Numbered from the stretch's first letter, positions 32,927 to 46,428 are shown. The stretch is 64,000 nucleotides of DNA from Amphiscolops sp. MND2022 (GCA_964187785.1 OZ076420.1:26722001-26786000), one strand, 5' to 3'. The notes: generated by a model not told the origin, from the sequence alone. Program-made: numbers and translations.

Positions 32927-34940
32927 AATGTACACCATAGTAGAGCCGATTTCTTCGATTTGAAACGGGAAGACGGTGAAACCACAGCAGACGTGTGGAA
33001 ACGGATACTAGAAGTAGAAAAAATTGCAAATTCGAAACAACCACCGCAGTGGAACTCCTAGAATCCAAATTGCTGTCATTTATCGGTAAATCAAACGGTG
33101 ATTACGACCTGAAGAAGAAGATTAGAAAAAGCGACATGTCGGTAGAAGCTATAACCGCCGCAGTTCACAAATACATGTAAGAAAAATTGAATGAATCACC
33201 AGAGACGGAGGAAGAAAAGAAAATACGATACCTAAATAAACAAAAGACAAACTTCACAGAAGAACAACCGGAAAAACCGGCAAAACTCAAGAAACTTGAC
33301 TGTAACCGTTGCGGAGCACCGAACTGGTCACGACAACATGAATGTTCAGCAAGCGGAAAGAAATGTGCGAAATGCGGTAAAATTGGCCACTTCGCTAAAT
33401 GTTGCCGCACAATTAGAAAAGAAAACCATTTAATGGAAGGTGAAACAAGCAGCGCGGGTGAAAATGACTGGACACCGAACACAATCCATTCAGTGAAACA
33501 AAAATACACTCAGCACGGTCAATGAACAGCAATGTACCGGAATTATTCAGAATCACCTCATTGGTTAACAATCGACCAATCAAGATCATTATAGGCAGCG
33601 GTTCACCGGTTACATTGATACCGAAGTCACAATTCAAGACAACAACACCCTTACGCCCATTGGAAACGGAATACAGGGACGTAAATGACAACAGGATACA
33701 ATTTGAAGGAAAACAAACGCAACAGTAGGATTCAACGGTACCCGAAAGGAATAAGAAAGCTTTGTAACAACCAAGAAAACAAAACCCTTACTAGGTTTGG
33801 ACTGGATGACAAAAATTGGAATAACGCTGGAGACTAGTAAAACCGTCCCACAAGTACATCAACTAAAGAAAGGCCCGGACGTAACGACATTACAGACGAA
33901 TTGCAGAAAACTATTCAACGAAAACCACACAATACACGGGCTAGATGTGAAAACACAATTAAAAGAAGCCACAAAATCAACACAGCAGAAAGGAAGACCC
34001 ATACCGATACAATTGCAACAACCGGTGGAAAAAATAGAGAAATTATCGAAATAAGGTCATATCGAAAAAGCCAAAAACATCGACGAAAATGGTTTTGTAA
34101 GCCCGGCAGTCATCACGGCAAAGAAAGATAAACCGGTGAAAATCGCATTACACTCAAGAAAGCTTAACGAAATAACCGTGAACCGAAAAACGCAAGTGCC
34201 AAATATGGAGGAACTTATTTCAAGAATCTCGAGAAAGATAGCAGACTGCCCGGCAGACGAAGTTTGGATTTCAAAACTTGATCTGGACTATGCATACGGT
34301 CAGCTACTACTTTCAAGAGAAGCCAGAGACCTGTGCATATTCGCCGTAACCGGGGGGAATTTTACCGGTTACTACCGTTTCCTTGAAGGGTTTTACGGGT
34401 TAGCGGACATACCGACAATTGTCAAGGAAAAGATTGTCCAGACACCGGAAAACAAACACCCAGCATGGTTAGATGATATCATTGTAGTGACGAAAGGTTC
34501 CAAAGAAGAACACTTGAAAGAACTGATTGATGTCCTAACCAAGATAGAAAAAGGCTGGATATAGATTGAGCGAAACCAAATCCAAATTTTTCAAAACAGA
34601 AATTGAATGGATTGGTCACAGAATTGACCAGGCCGTAATCGGACCATTGCAAGACAAACTACTGTCGATAAAAAATTAAAACAACCGAACAACGAGAAAG
34701 AGCTCAAATCTTTTCTGGCCGCTATCCAATATCTGTCAAAACACATTGACAACCTTCCGCCCGAACAGACAGCTACTGAAGAAAAACAATGAATGGATTT
34801 GGACGGAGGAACGCACGTTGGCGTTTGAAATTTTAAAACAAAAAAAACACGGAAATACCGTGTCTGGCACACTATAATTTTAATTATCCAAAAGTGATAC
34901 TAACCGATGCGAGCACAAAAGGCATGGGGGCGACCCTATG

Positions 34941-35140
34941 NNNNNNNNNNNNNNNNNNNNNNNNNNNNNNNNNNNNNNNNNNNNNNNNNNNNNNNNNNNN
35001 NNNNNNNNNNNNNNNNNNNNNNNNNNNNNNNNNNNNNNNNNNNNNNNNNNNNNNNNNNNNNNNNNNNNNNNNNNNNNNNNNNNNNNNNNNNNNNNNNNNN
35101 NNNNNNNNNNNNNNNNNNNNNNNNNNNNNNNNNNNNNNNN
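34941..35140. other. Assembly gap (200 N)
   Basis: Run of N within the RNase H region of element E. Confidence 1.
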
Positions 35141-36852
35141 ACTTTTGACGGATCGCATTAGAGCCATTGATCAAACGGAACCGCTCTAACAAAGCCTTCA
35201 GCGCACGCTTAACACGATGGTTAGACCGGTTAGCGCATTTCACGATTAACGTAAACCATATAGCCGGTGAACACTTGGCACTTACGGACTACCTAAGCAA
35301 AAATCCAGTATCGCCACCACAAACGGATGACGTATATGACGAAGAATTTGTAATCAACTATATTCTACCGCACTAGAGCTTCATCTTCAAACACGGTTGC
35401 CTTAGCAACCATATTCACCAATTAGAATGCGGAACGGAGAAAAGCGAACGCAAAACATATAATAAACCGCGGACAATGACGCGCATCAACAAATTGCCAT
35501 TGATTGTCTTTACTGCGACACACACATACGCTCAAATTCAAAAAAGTTGAACAACGCCAAGCGCACCATAATCACATGGACGCAAGAAAGATCGACAATA
35601 TCGAAGCGTTAGATACATTGTCTGAACTCAATCAATCGATGGAGAGAGATAGTTAAACCCGGAACTTACCTCATGACCGGGGGAAGATGGAAACGTTACC
35701 ATGAATAAAAATTCTATCGCGATGAAAGAAAAGTTATAGAAGAGAGATTACAAAAGCTGACAATAAATCGGGACCAAAGAGACCTCTGATAAAGAATCGG
35801 GCCGCAACACAGGGGAGGCTTCCAACCCCCAACCGGTCACACTGAACAATGGACGGTGGATCCACTTTGAGAGGTTAACCGGCCAACCCCAGTCCAACCG
35901 GACCAAGTTGACAGACCTGGTCCATCATCAGCGGAAATCACATCAACGAGTCGAAACCACAACATGCTGATTCCCATGGAAGAAGGCGAAATCGACTCAG
36001 AAACTGACCAAGACCCATCGGCCTTGGAAGTACCAGCAAAAAATTGGGCACCATACGTATGAGTGATAAGTGTCCAATACGTGAAGATGGGACATGCACC
36101 ACGAATTGCAGCCGAGGAACAAAACGACAGGAATCTGGAGCAGGCAGTGCGCGAGACGAAGAAAAATTTCTCTATCGATCTACAGCTGCTGATGACAGAA
36201 ACCACAAACGATCCCAAATTTCATCGGACCAATCACAGAAGACCACTGTCGATTTTATATATTACTGTCCATTGACCAGTACAGCAACCGACCGGCAGCC
36301 AGCTTCTGTAAACACACCGACGGAGAAACGGCGGTAAAATTCCTCGACCAATGTATCCAATTAAACGGTACCGAAGACAATTAGTACGGACAAGCCAACC
36401 GCGTTCACGGGACGTTTTTTTCTTGGCGACTTCCGCAAAAAACGCTACATCGATTGATTTACGGGACACCGTATATTCATAAACCCACAGGTCTGGTAGA
36501 ACGAGAAATCAGAACACTGAAAGAATATCTTTTAACGAACATTGAGGCTGGTGAAGGGTTCGGAAAAGCCCCAGACCTGTCCTTAGACGTAATGAGAAAA
36601 ACAGAGCATTCGAAACTAAAAAAATCTGCATTCGAACAGTCGAAAACCAAACATGGAAGTGACTAACCTGCTAAGTTTGGACAACCTAAAAATTTTGACA
36701 AAAAAATTTCAGCGAAACCTGATACCCTACAGGTATACTCATTCAGTGGAGCTGTCGGTGTATCTGACCAGCTCCCGATGAAGACAAAGAAAAACGATAA
36801 AGGAGTTAGTAATTATCCATTCCATTTCTTAGAAAAAAAACACCAGCCTGGT

Positions 36853-37087
36853 GTTTACTAATACATTTCCTATGTATTATTCTACCATTTGGCGTGGTTA
36901 CGGTGTGTTTTGTTCCCGATATTGCTATATTCGGTTTATCGGTATAAGCACTTTCGAATTTAATTTTCTGAGAAAATTAAATTCGAAAGTGCTTATACCG
37001 ATAAACCGAATATAGCAATATCGGGAACAAAACACACCGTAACCACGCCAAATGGTAGAATAATACATAGGAAATGTATTAGTAAAC
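36853..37087. repeat. Perfect 235-bp palindrome (117-bp arms, 1-nt centre at 36970)
   Basis: GTTTACTAATAC...AATTTTCT-G-AGAAAATT...GTATTAGTAAAC. Confidence 0.95.
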
Positions 37088-37942
37088 CTATTACTGTTTT
37101 TGACCAGGACTGCAACAACAACAGAGGAACCGGACCAAGAAGACCAGACGGCTGATTTACAAAATCACCATTGAAACAGAAGGAGGTGTACATAGTCGAA
37201 TCGGACAACGACCCCGAGGCACCACCGCCAGAGAGAAGCAACCCAATAGCACTGGACCAATCAGACAACGCCACGGTGAAAAAGAGCACGTTTGGCCGAG
37301 GCAGACCACTGAAGCTTATAAGAGACCGACAGAATTCTAGTCCCTACCAAACCTCACCGGGAGAAACAAACAACACCGGCCCACTTTCCAAAACTACCGC
37401 CAACATGACAGACACGGAGGTCGACCGTGCTACTGAGGACGCTAGACAAGCAAACGAAGAACTTTTTATCAGAGACGATTACAATAAGGTGTTTAAAAAT
37501 CTTACTTCATTCCCTAACACGGGGGGAGAGAACAACTTTGAAAACTCTGAACTAGATTTGATTAGCAACCTGAGCTCTAGTACTGAATTAGAAGCAGATA
37601 TTGAACACGAAGAAGAAAAAACAGTACGAAGATCAAAAAGGCTAACAAAATCAATCCAATTTTTTGATATAATAACCCAATATGTCATGATTACAGGAAA
37701 CACCGTAGAAAGGCTGAACTCGGAAGCAACTCTGAGTCAAACCGATATGGAGACGGGCAGCCCCAACTAATCCATACAACGGACAACAACTCGACATCCT
37801 GGACAAACATTCACCGTGACAACCACAAAAGCGAGGACCCGTTATCCGTCCACAAATCAATGGACCATTGGAGGAACCACCGCCATACAGAGACTAGACA
37901 GAACCCCATTGGCGGATTAACAGCCAGTAGTGAGAGTGGGAA

Positions 37943-38134
37943 TGTAGAGGACATAGACAACCTACATAATTAGTCTACTTTTGTTGCTATAACAATTTAC
38001 TATGATGCTCTTTTATTAAATACCTGCCCACTTAGTGCAGATGATTTTCGATCATAAAGAATTGGCATTAAGCAAGGATACAGTTGAGTTTGAATGGAAG
38101 TATCTCTTTTCAACCAATGAGCTAGAATACAACA
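37943..38134 (+). repeat. 3' LTR of element E (192 bp)
   Basis: TG...AATACAACA termini, preceded by the PPT. Confidence 0.8.
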
Positions 38135-38652
38135 TTCATGTATATACTTTTTCATAAATAAAACAGCACGAAATAGGCTAATGCTAATGGTAGTATCGCC
38201 TCCTCATCCAAAATACGATTTAACTCAAATCACACAAAATAATAATGGCATTCGGTTTTCCTTTGTTAGAGCAATATCCATTTTTCTGGTAGATTTGAGC
38301 TTCATTCGAGATCAATTGTAAATAAATTAGCATCAGATGCCAAAAAATCGTAACGGTATTGTTCCCAGGTTTTTGATGGAACATGTAAGAAAAACATGCG
38401 AGTCATAGCAAGACCATGAAAGTTTTGTTTATGGCTACTAATTTCCATGTACGGAAACTCTGTATTAACTACATGACATTGTATACTAGACGGTCAACCC
38501 GGAAACTATTATCAATCGAAACATTGATTCACTTTCCAAAGCTTCTGAAAATGAACTTTGAACCTGTTGAACATGACATTAACGCGATATTATACCATGT
38601 TTTTGCGGAGTAAAATTGAATGAATAAAATTATAGGAACAAATCCAACTAAC

Positions 38653-38836
38653 CTTGAGTCTGGAAGTGGGATTGAAAATAAAAAGAAAGCCGTGATTGCA
38701 CAACCGACCCAACCAACTACCATGTAGGGTTTCCTTCTGTATCCCATGATGGGAAGGCAGTCGTTGATGGCCCCATAGACGAACTTCAGACTCCAAGGCA
38801 GAGCCACTGCTGACCCGGCCACGTTGTAGAAATTAC
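38653..38836 (-). CDS. BT1/FBT transporter, exon 3
   Basis: ALPWSLKFVYGAINDCLPIMGYRRKPYMVVGW is the BT1 signature; AG acceptor, GT donor. Confidence 0.92.
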
Positions 38837-39799
38837 CTGAGGAAGAACTCCTTTCTTTTGAAAACATAGGTGCATCTTTGGAGCAAAGAATCTGAATTCT
38901 TTTGAGCCAGAGATGTAAACATAGAGGAGAATGTAAACATAGGAAACAAAAAGTTTCGTCAAAAAATATAGTTGGTCTGTTTCTGGATCAAACTGGGAGA
39001 ATGAAAATCTTGCCAAGACTATTAGAATCTTAGAAAACATGGAGAACTTGACAAAAGAAATTATTCATTGAATATCCCAGTCTCACATTCGAAGAGTTAT
39101 CAAGAGAGCTATCAATAAAATAATGACTCCGCCCGCAACTGCAGAATACAGTGATAAGCTTCATCACAGAAGTGACGTTGCCATACACGATGGACCTCAT
39201 AAAATCACTGACTGTGATGCTCCCTGCCTGCAAATCAAACAGGCAATGCAACGATGTCTTGAACCATCTTGAAGAAAAAAATGTCGCTAAAACTTCAGCT
39301 AAAATCTCAATTGACCAGCCAAGGCAAGAAATACGAACTTATTGGCTCCTTGATTTGATGGCTCCTGATAAAGAGTATCATGGTAATTTTGATGCCAATC
39401 CGATGAATACAACCAGCTGAAAAATAGGAGTACTTTTATCAGGTTCTTAATTGGGCTGATGCTCAATGAATACCTTTTCATACTGAGGAGAAAACAACTT
39501 ACTGTACAATCACTTTTGAAGCTATTGCAAGTGTGCCTCAAGAACAAACTCTAGAAAAAACAGTCGTTTCTTGCCAAATCTCTCACGAACTACTTTATGA
39601 GCTTTTCGAAATGAATTTTTATACAGGGAGATGGAATTTATCTACCTACGTTGATGAAAAAAAAAATCAATTATTTTGGCTGATAGAAAAGTTCTTTATC
39701 TCACGGACATTTTTTAGGTATTCAGTGGTAATTTGACCTTTTTCACGTGATTCAGCAAAGGTTACACGCGTGAAATGGAGAATCAGAAGGGGTTCTTTC

Positions 39800-39946
39800 C
39801 TGTTTGGCCTAAATACGAGGTGAAGAAATCGTAATTGAGACTGATAGAGAATGTATAAGCAATTCCCACAAAGAAGTATTGCAGGAATAATCCAAAATGC
39901 TGCCAATGGAAGTAGTTGATATCTTCCGCAACTTCTCCATCCAATG
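39800..39946 (-). CDS. BT1/FBT transporter, exon 2 (LDGEVAEDINYFHWQHFGLFLQYFFVG...YLGQTG)
   Basis: TTCAG acceptor; first TM helix of the FBT family; the donor is non-canonical GA. Confidence 0.8.
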
Positions 39947-41194
39947 CTGAAGCAAATAAGTTACTGAGACCCTTTAAATTGAAGTAATGAAAAAACTTTA
40001 ATATGTGATTGTTTTCTAAGTCACGTTATTAAAATTGTTGAAGCTCTTCAATTTTTTTTTAAAAAATGTGTTTTTGTTTCGACAAACTTCGACTAGCTGA
40101 AAAATTGATTTTGAATAGGTCTCCCGTTAGGACTTTTTCTCACGAATTAATGAGAATTTTTGAAAATCGGACACACTTATGCAATTGAAAGCTAGAGTTG
40201 TCAATATTCCTTGACTAAAAAAGTGCCATCGAGGCAAGCGAAAAAACGTTTGTTTGCAAGAGAATATGATAGCACTATGTAGTTTCACTATCAATAAATT
40301 CCATACTTCTGTCATACCTCTCCAAACAGTATAATTTCATTTCAGAAACATTTTGCCCATAGGCTGGGTTGTCTAGTTCAAGTCATACTTACTTAATAGT
40401 GGAGTAACGTTTGTCAAGCGGTTCATCCAATCAACATGACCTCTACCGAGTTTCGGTCAGAGACAACATCCGCTAGTTGTTTGTAAACACAACAAACTGA
40501 AGATAGAAACCTGTTATATCATTTTGAGTTCTTTTTGTATAGATTTTAGATACAAAGATACAATCCTAATTTAGTACGCAATTCTCCGTTTTCACAAGAA
40601 TACAACATGGTAAAACGGTGCAGTCAGCCAATGATTGAACAAACTAAAACGAACTTCCTAAAATTAGTAGTGGCAGGAAGAAACTGCTTCGTACCTAAAA
40701 GTGAAGGCTTCGGGTGAGAATCCGGTATATACACCGAGAGAAGGGCTGGAGAGGCTCCGAAAGATCACAGAACGAGACATTGATCCTTTACGTCCCTGAT
40801 TCCGGTTGGACCAAAAAGAACAACAGATACGAAAAGATTTGAGGAGTGGGATCCGAAGCATTCTACCAAATAACTTGAGCGGACCACCAAACAGAACTCG
40901 ACAGTATCGAAAACAAAGACCTGATCTCGTTATTCAACGTATTTTATCTCCCGAAACAGCCGAAAGGAAACAGAACACACACCATACCTGAGGAGACTTC
41001 TTCTGCACCAAACAGACCGAAAACGATACATCAGAAGAAATCCTGAGATGATTATTCGAGATTGAGGAAGACTGTAGCTTCAATACAATTCCCGCTGCAG
41101 AAGTGTTATTATCAAAGCATATGACCGCAATCATCGAGACCAAACGAGACAAAGTGATAAATGAAACGACTTTGGACTTGAAGAAGACTATCAA

Positions 41195-41712
41195 ATCAAT
41201 TGAACAAAATATTTACAAAAAGAGGAACAAACAAGACGAGAACGTCTAAAGTCGGCGCTACATCTAAAGCTCAAAAAGCGCAAAACATTTTTTTGGAAGG
41301 AAACTTGAAAGTTTTGAAATTCTTTTCTTTCGGAAAATTTTGCATAGTGCCAAAAAATGTGAAAGGGGGACCCTTTGGGATCTATCAACGGGTTGCAAAA
41401 TACGAAAAAAACTCGAGGGGAAGACCCTTCTGAGACATTTAAAAAAATTTCGAAAAGTTTCGCACAGTGCCGAAACAAATCGAAAGGGGGATTCTTCTAG
41501 TTCCGTCCGGTTTTGTAGATTACCTTGAAAAACTAAAAATGAACGAGGGAACCTTTGGACTAAGTTTGCTTTGGCCGAACTTGACCTTAGATGGTTTCAG
41601 GATTGTTTCAAAAAGTGGACCGATCAGTGTGAGGATTTTAGTCTTCAGAAAATAATGGTCACTGCTTTAGTCGGGCATTTTTCTTTAAAAAGATATAGCG
41701 CCGACTAAAAAC
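41195..41712 (-). repeat. Dispersed AAAGGGTCCCCC-module repeat, copy 3, inserted in element B
   Basis: Reverse-oriented GAAAGGGGGACCCTTTG modules and TCTAAAGTCGGCGCTACATCTAAAGCTC end; boundaries approximate. Confidence 0.6.
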
Positions 41713-44278
41713 ACGACACCGCAAGCAATAATCACAATAAAGGAGAAACAAGCTACATAGGAAGAACATGCAAAAAAGAAAAGTACGGATAATGAAAAAT
41801 TCGACAAAAGATTGAAAAACAGACTCACTGAAGCCAAACAGATAACGCACCAAATTAGCGCCCCGTATATGAATGCCGCACAACAGAATATCGGAACTAA
41901 ATGCGCAAAGAAAGGTCCTTACGCGAAAGCGTGCAAACAAAGAATGCACAACAAACGAACCGTAAGAAAGCTCACTGAATAAGAATCAAATGAGCCCAAT
42001 GAATCAAAGGTGGACTCAGACGAAAGTATTACCAAATATTGAAACCAGCCGAATTTCAGAAATAATCAACCAATAAAGAGATGTAACCAAAAAGTTCCGG
42101 TAGAAGACAAGACATTGATTGTCAAAACAAAAAACAAAAGACGGAAATACTGACAATCAAAAAAATTGGGTATAACACTACTACCAGGAAAGGACTGGAC
42201 GAGAATGTTGAAACTATCAATTGGAAGAATACAGTTAGTCGAGATCAGTCAATCAGTTAAAACGGAAGAAAAGTATAAGGAAAAGTTCCTTTTATTCGAG
42301 AACAACCGGACAATTCAAGACACCGAAAAAACATACAGCTAAACCCGGGCAATTATCCTGTCAGACAGAAGCTACACCAATACCACTACATCTACAAGAA
42401 GATGTGATAGACAAGATGGGAGAAACTTGTAAGAGCCGGGCACTTGGAGAAAACAAACACTTCGGACGAAGATTGTTTTATATCACCGGTAGAAAAACAA
42501 AAGTCTTCACGAAAACCCCATATGCCGAAAGTTTATTGAAAAGTTTTTAAACCAAGTTTTGGCGAAGATCACGCGAGACAGAAGGGTACAACTATTTGTT
42601 CCAAAAATTGATTTAGATTACGCAAACTGACAAATGGCAATATCTGAAGAAACAAGTCGACACTGGGTTTGGTGAATCAAGTGATATGACTGGATTACGA
42701 AATTGATGGAAACCGAGTTAAACAATCTCGAGAAACAGTAGACGTTAGGCAAATTTTCTACCAAAGCAATCAGAACAGACGGATCAACTCAGAAAACTAC
42801 TGAAAACGAGCGAACCATGGAAGTGAGGAAAAAAATTAGGACTTTCTTCAAAATAAACACAAGGCCTTGGCAGAAACAAGTTAGTGGAAATATAAAACAT
42901 ATCGCTATTGGCAGTAAGTATCTAAACATGATCCAAGCAAAACTCGATCGGTGAACTTGGATTAGTGACTGTAGTTTTGGTTTTAAAAAGAATCCATATT
43001 AGTTGTTACGAAAAGTAAGTACGTTTAAATTTGGATCACCAAGCACTAGCTGCTAATTAAATGAAAGTAAAATGATCAATAAAGGGCAAGATTATTTAAT
43101 TGGGTAGATCGTACAGCACATTTTGACATAGCAGTTCAATTTATTGTCGATATCAACTTGAAGTTTACCCAATTTTTCAGCAAAAATCCGGTAGAGAGCA
43201 ACATCGGAAGAAAAATACGACGAAGAATTTGTATTTACCATTTTACCCGAACACGCATACTGGACTACTGGATTATTCATCAACCAATCAAAAAAAGAAA
43301 TCGGAAACTGGAACAGCTATGAAGACATCCGGGGAAACAAATCAGAAAGGAACATGCCACTAATAAACGAATAAAATATTTCACGTGAACGAATATCACG
43401 TGAACAAGTAACAAACGAACAAAAGACTTACATCCTCGAAGTCTGATATTAACACCGTTAAGTCAGGTCAATCGATTGAGCAAATCCAAGATCAGAAACG
43501 AAATGTGTAGACTTTTACCATTCCATTGGGGAGCAATATGAGAAACTATGGACGTTTTCCGCCAAGAACTTTGTTAAAATCAACTTTGTTTGAAAAGAAT
43601 CATTACTCAAATTCTCTAGAAGGTAATGTTCCAATCATTTTTTCAGACGGAAAAAAGAACCGAAAAGCGATAGTAGCGCCCATCTTAGGAGAAATTACAC
43701 CGATGAACCGTCACTGCCTACGGTGTCTTGACGGCAAGTATGGAAAACGGAACGAGATTCTAAAAAACATTCGCAACGGGATTTCAGAAAATGCGCAAAA
43801 TGAAACAACAGAGAATTATTCGGAAGAAGACGATGATGATGATGACGAAGACAATGCGATGTCGGAAGATATCGGAAAAAACTACGATACTTCGGAGAAG
43901 GACGGAAGATGTATTCCAATATGCGCTGATCCACAGGAAGACGTAATTCAGATTCATACAGACGAGGAAACACTGCAGGTTGAGAACTCTACAATAACTA
44001 CATTGCGTTCTAGACGAACTCTTCACAAATCGTGTAGATACGGTGGTGTACCGTATATAAAAAATTTTTGTTTATAACAAATGAAACTGAGTTGTCACAG
44101 GTCCTATCTGGAACAGAACCAAAAGAACCCCACAACCGGTGTCGGTTTACAAACCGCAAACTTTACGCCGGAGACATGACACCACAGGACCGGGATTTTC
44201 GCAGATGTTAAATGCTGGGGAGAAAGGAGAAAATGTCATTCGGTTCATCCGATCATTATGATTTCTCCCGAGATTTGA

Positions 44279-44671
44279 TCAGAGACAACACCTGTTACGA
44301 CTATTTACCGGTGTTGTTTTAGAGTTAGTCGCAGTGTGAATTTTGACGGGGGTAGACGTCCTTGCTACGGAGACATTCTCTGGTTCCGAGTCCGAGTCTT
44401 GAGCATTCATGTAGACAGTCTGTTTTTTGTTTAAAGGCGCTATCAGTTTTAACATTTCCTTCTGGTTTTCCGCAAGTAGTTTGGTGAGATCAGACATAAT
44501 CTCTTTTCTTAATGATGTTTTTATCTCAGCCAAGTTTTCTGGTTCTATCCTAGGGATCTTGCTAGAACTAGCTACAAGAGTTTCAGGCGGAAAGTTTTCG
44601 GTTATGGAGGTTTCAAAATCACCGGAGACTAGTTCTGCTACAGCCTTCCTTTTCTGTTTTCTAGTTGTCAT
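44279..44671 (-). CDS. 3'-LTR copy of the gag N-terminus reading out into flanking DNA (130 aa)
   Basis: Matches gag aa 1-126 except R-K-Q vs R-S-Q and N vs S, then RCCL* from the flank. Confidence 0.6.
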   Translation of the reverse strand: MTTRKQKRKAVAELVSGDFETSITENFPPETLVASSSKIPRIEPENLAEIKTSLRKEIMSDLTKLLAENQKEMLKLIAPLNKKQTVYMNAQDSDSEPENVSVARTSTPVKIHTATNSKTTPVNSRNRCCL

Positions 44672-46428
44672 TTTGCTTCAGAGGGAGAGAGAGAGTATCT
44701 TTGGAAAGGTTAAATTCTTCAAAGATTCGTTTTCGTTATAATAACGGAACTGAACTGATTGTTATAAGTCAAGTTGGGAAAACTAACTGATTTACATGTA
44801 TGTATTACATATTTATACCTTCCCAGCATCATTTGTTCCTCACCTAAAAATTCCTAGGTATCACAAAAATCGGGTTTGTTCAACAAAAAGCGCTAATGAT
44901 TCATATTATTTCAGTCCCGCGTCATAAAATCAGGCATCAAAGTTCCTAGTTACGTCAGCATTCCGTAAAATTTGTTGAATTCATTTTTGTTCAGGCGGTT
45001 CATTTCCTGTTTGTGCTTCAAAATTGCGGTGAAATAGAAGTCTAGTTTTCATTTTCATCGACGCAAGCACGCCGGCGTGATCAATTAGTCAGATTCCTAA
45101 CTTAGAAATTGAAATTCGAAGTAAAAGAATGACACTCAAAAAATATCAACGGAACTGTGACGGAATGTGAATATTTTATGGCCAAAGATACTTGAAAACC
45201 AAAATGAGGAACAAGGTGACGCTGAGAAGTCTTTAGGAAGCGAATAGCTTGTGTAAATGCAAATTGTTACGAACTTTACATGTATTGGGAACTCAAAACA
45301 GAACATTTGATTTTAGCATCAAGTAAATGTCACGGAAACAGTCCGTTTATCAAGACTTGTTTAGCGACTAACACACTGAGTATTCAGGCTTACTGGTTTA
45401 AGAAAGCGTATAAAAATACATCATAGCACTCGGAAACAGATTGAACAAAGGTAGAAAAAGACTAGGAGAGGTTATTGGGATGATTATCACTGCATCATAT
45501 CAAAATTGGTACAAATTTCAAAACAACACGAACATTACGTTCATTTCATAATCCTATCTTACAGTACAACTATTCTTTACGTAAACTTAATCTTAGGATT
45601 CCCTAAGGTGTATGAATTCAGAAAAGTTCTTACAAAAGATTCATTCATTACGAAGTTTCCTAGTTGCAATTTCTTAAGTTGCTCCGTAAGTGCTCCGTAC
45701 GTATTAAGATTGCTTATAGCTGAGCAGCAGTAGCAAGCGGATTGGAAACGGAGAGCGCAGGCGAATTCATTCTCTTCTCTTAACTAGCAAGAGTTGCTAG
45801 GGGCAACCAAGCTTAATTTTATTGGTACCGGCTCGGATAATTCTGCCAACAAGCGACGCTATTGGTCCGTAAATATAGTAACGCCCGTCACCAGCTTAGT
45901 TGAGTGACGCTGTCATAACGTTGTAAACATTTACTTAAGATCACTTGACTGCGGTATTAAGTAGATATTTAGCAACTACTTTAATATTGGAATACATTTC
46001 CACTCTATTTTTGTATGTTTTTCCATTTTAGATCTCATGGGCTCCGTTGGGATCTCGGAGTTAAATGTTGTTTCTGTGTTTTCATTTTAGTGTGGAGCGC
46101 CAAAATGATCCCGTTTGCAAAACTATTTAGTATTTAGATTGGAATGGAAAACTCAGAAGATAAAACCGGAAATAAAACGGCGTTGCGTGTGAAAACATTA
46201 GGCCGGAAGTTTTAGCTAGTTTAAAATCATTTCTGAAAATCTTCCGTAACGTTTACGTTGAATTCCGTATTTAGAGAATTATTCGCGCTTATTTAATTGT
46301 ACTGTAAGTAGAATTTTGATTTGATTAGTTTAATAAAGTTTAAAAGTATTTACTGTGCCCTTGTCCTCTGCCGAATCCCGGTATTCCATAGCAGCAAGTA
46401 AAATTACGACCGGGAGCGGGTCGTGACA
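44293..46428 (-). repeat. 3' LTR of element C
   Basis: Direct repeat of 58295-60498, lacking a 68-bp segment. Confidence 0.96.

Larger units (their letters stand above)
32927..37770 (+). pseudogene. Degenerate gag-pol of element E
   Basis: CAKCGKIGHFAKCC knuckle, IIIGSGSPVTLIP protease, LDLDYAYGQ and WLDDII RT motifs, ILTDAS RNase H, TDK..ER integrase; many stops and frameshifts. Confidence 0.88.
18720..38134 (+). mobile_element. Decayed Ty3/Gypsy element E with short LTRs, interrupted by the Polinton
   Basis: Direct repeats starting TGTAGAGGAC at 18720 and 37943; PPT GTGAGAGTGGGAA; domain order gag-PR-RT-RH-IN; imperfect TSD TTTAT/TTCAT. Confidence 0.85.

Noticed and set aside
34880-35243. 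Several ORFs full of X
   Set aside because: Artefacts of the 200-N gap.
39030-39547. Short ORFs in transporter intron 2
   Set aside because: No recognisable motif or consistent splice model.
43526-44077. 183-aa ORF as a host gene
   Set aside because: It is the integrase tail of decayed element B, ending just before its PPT.
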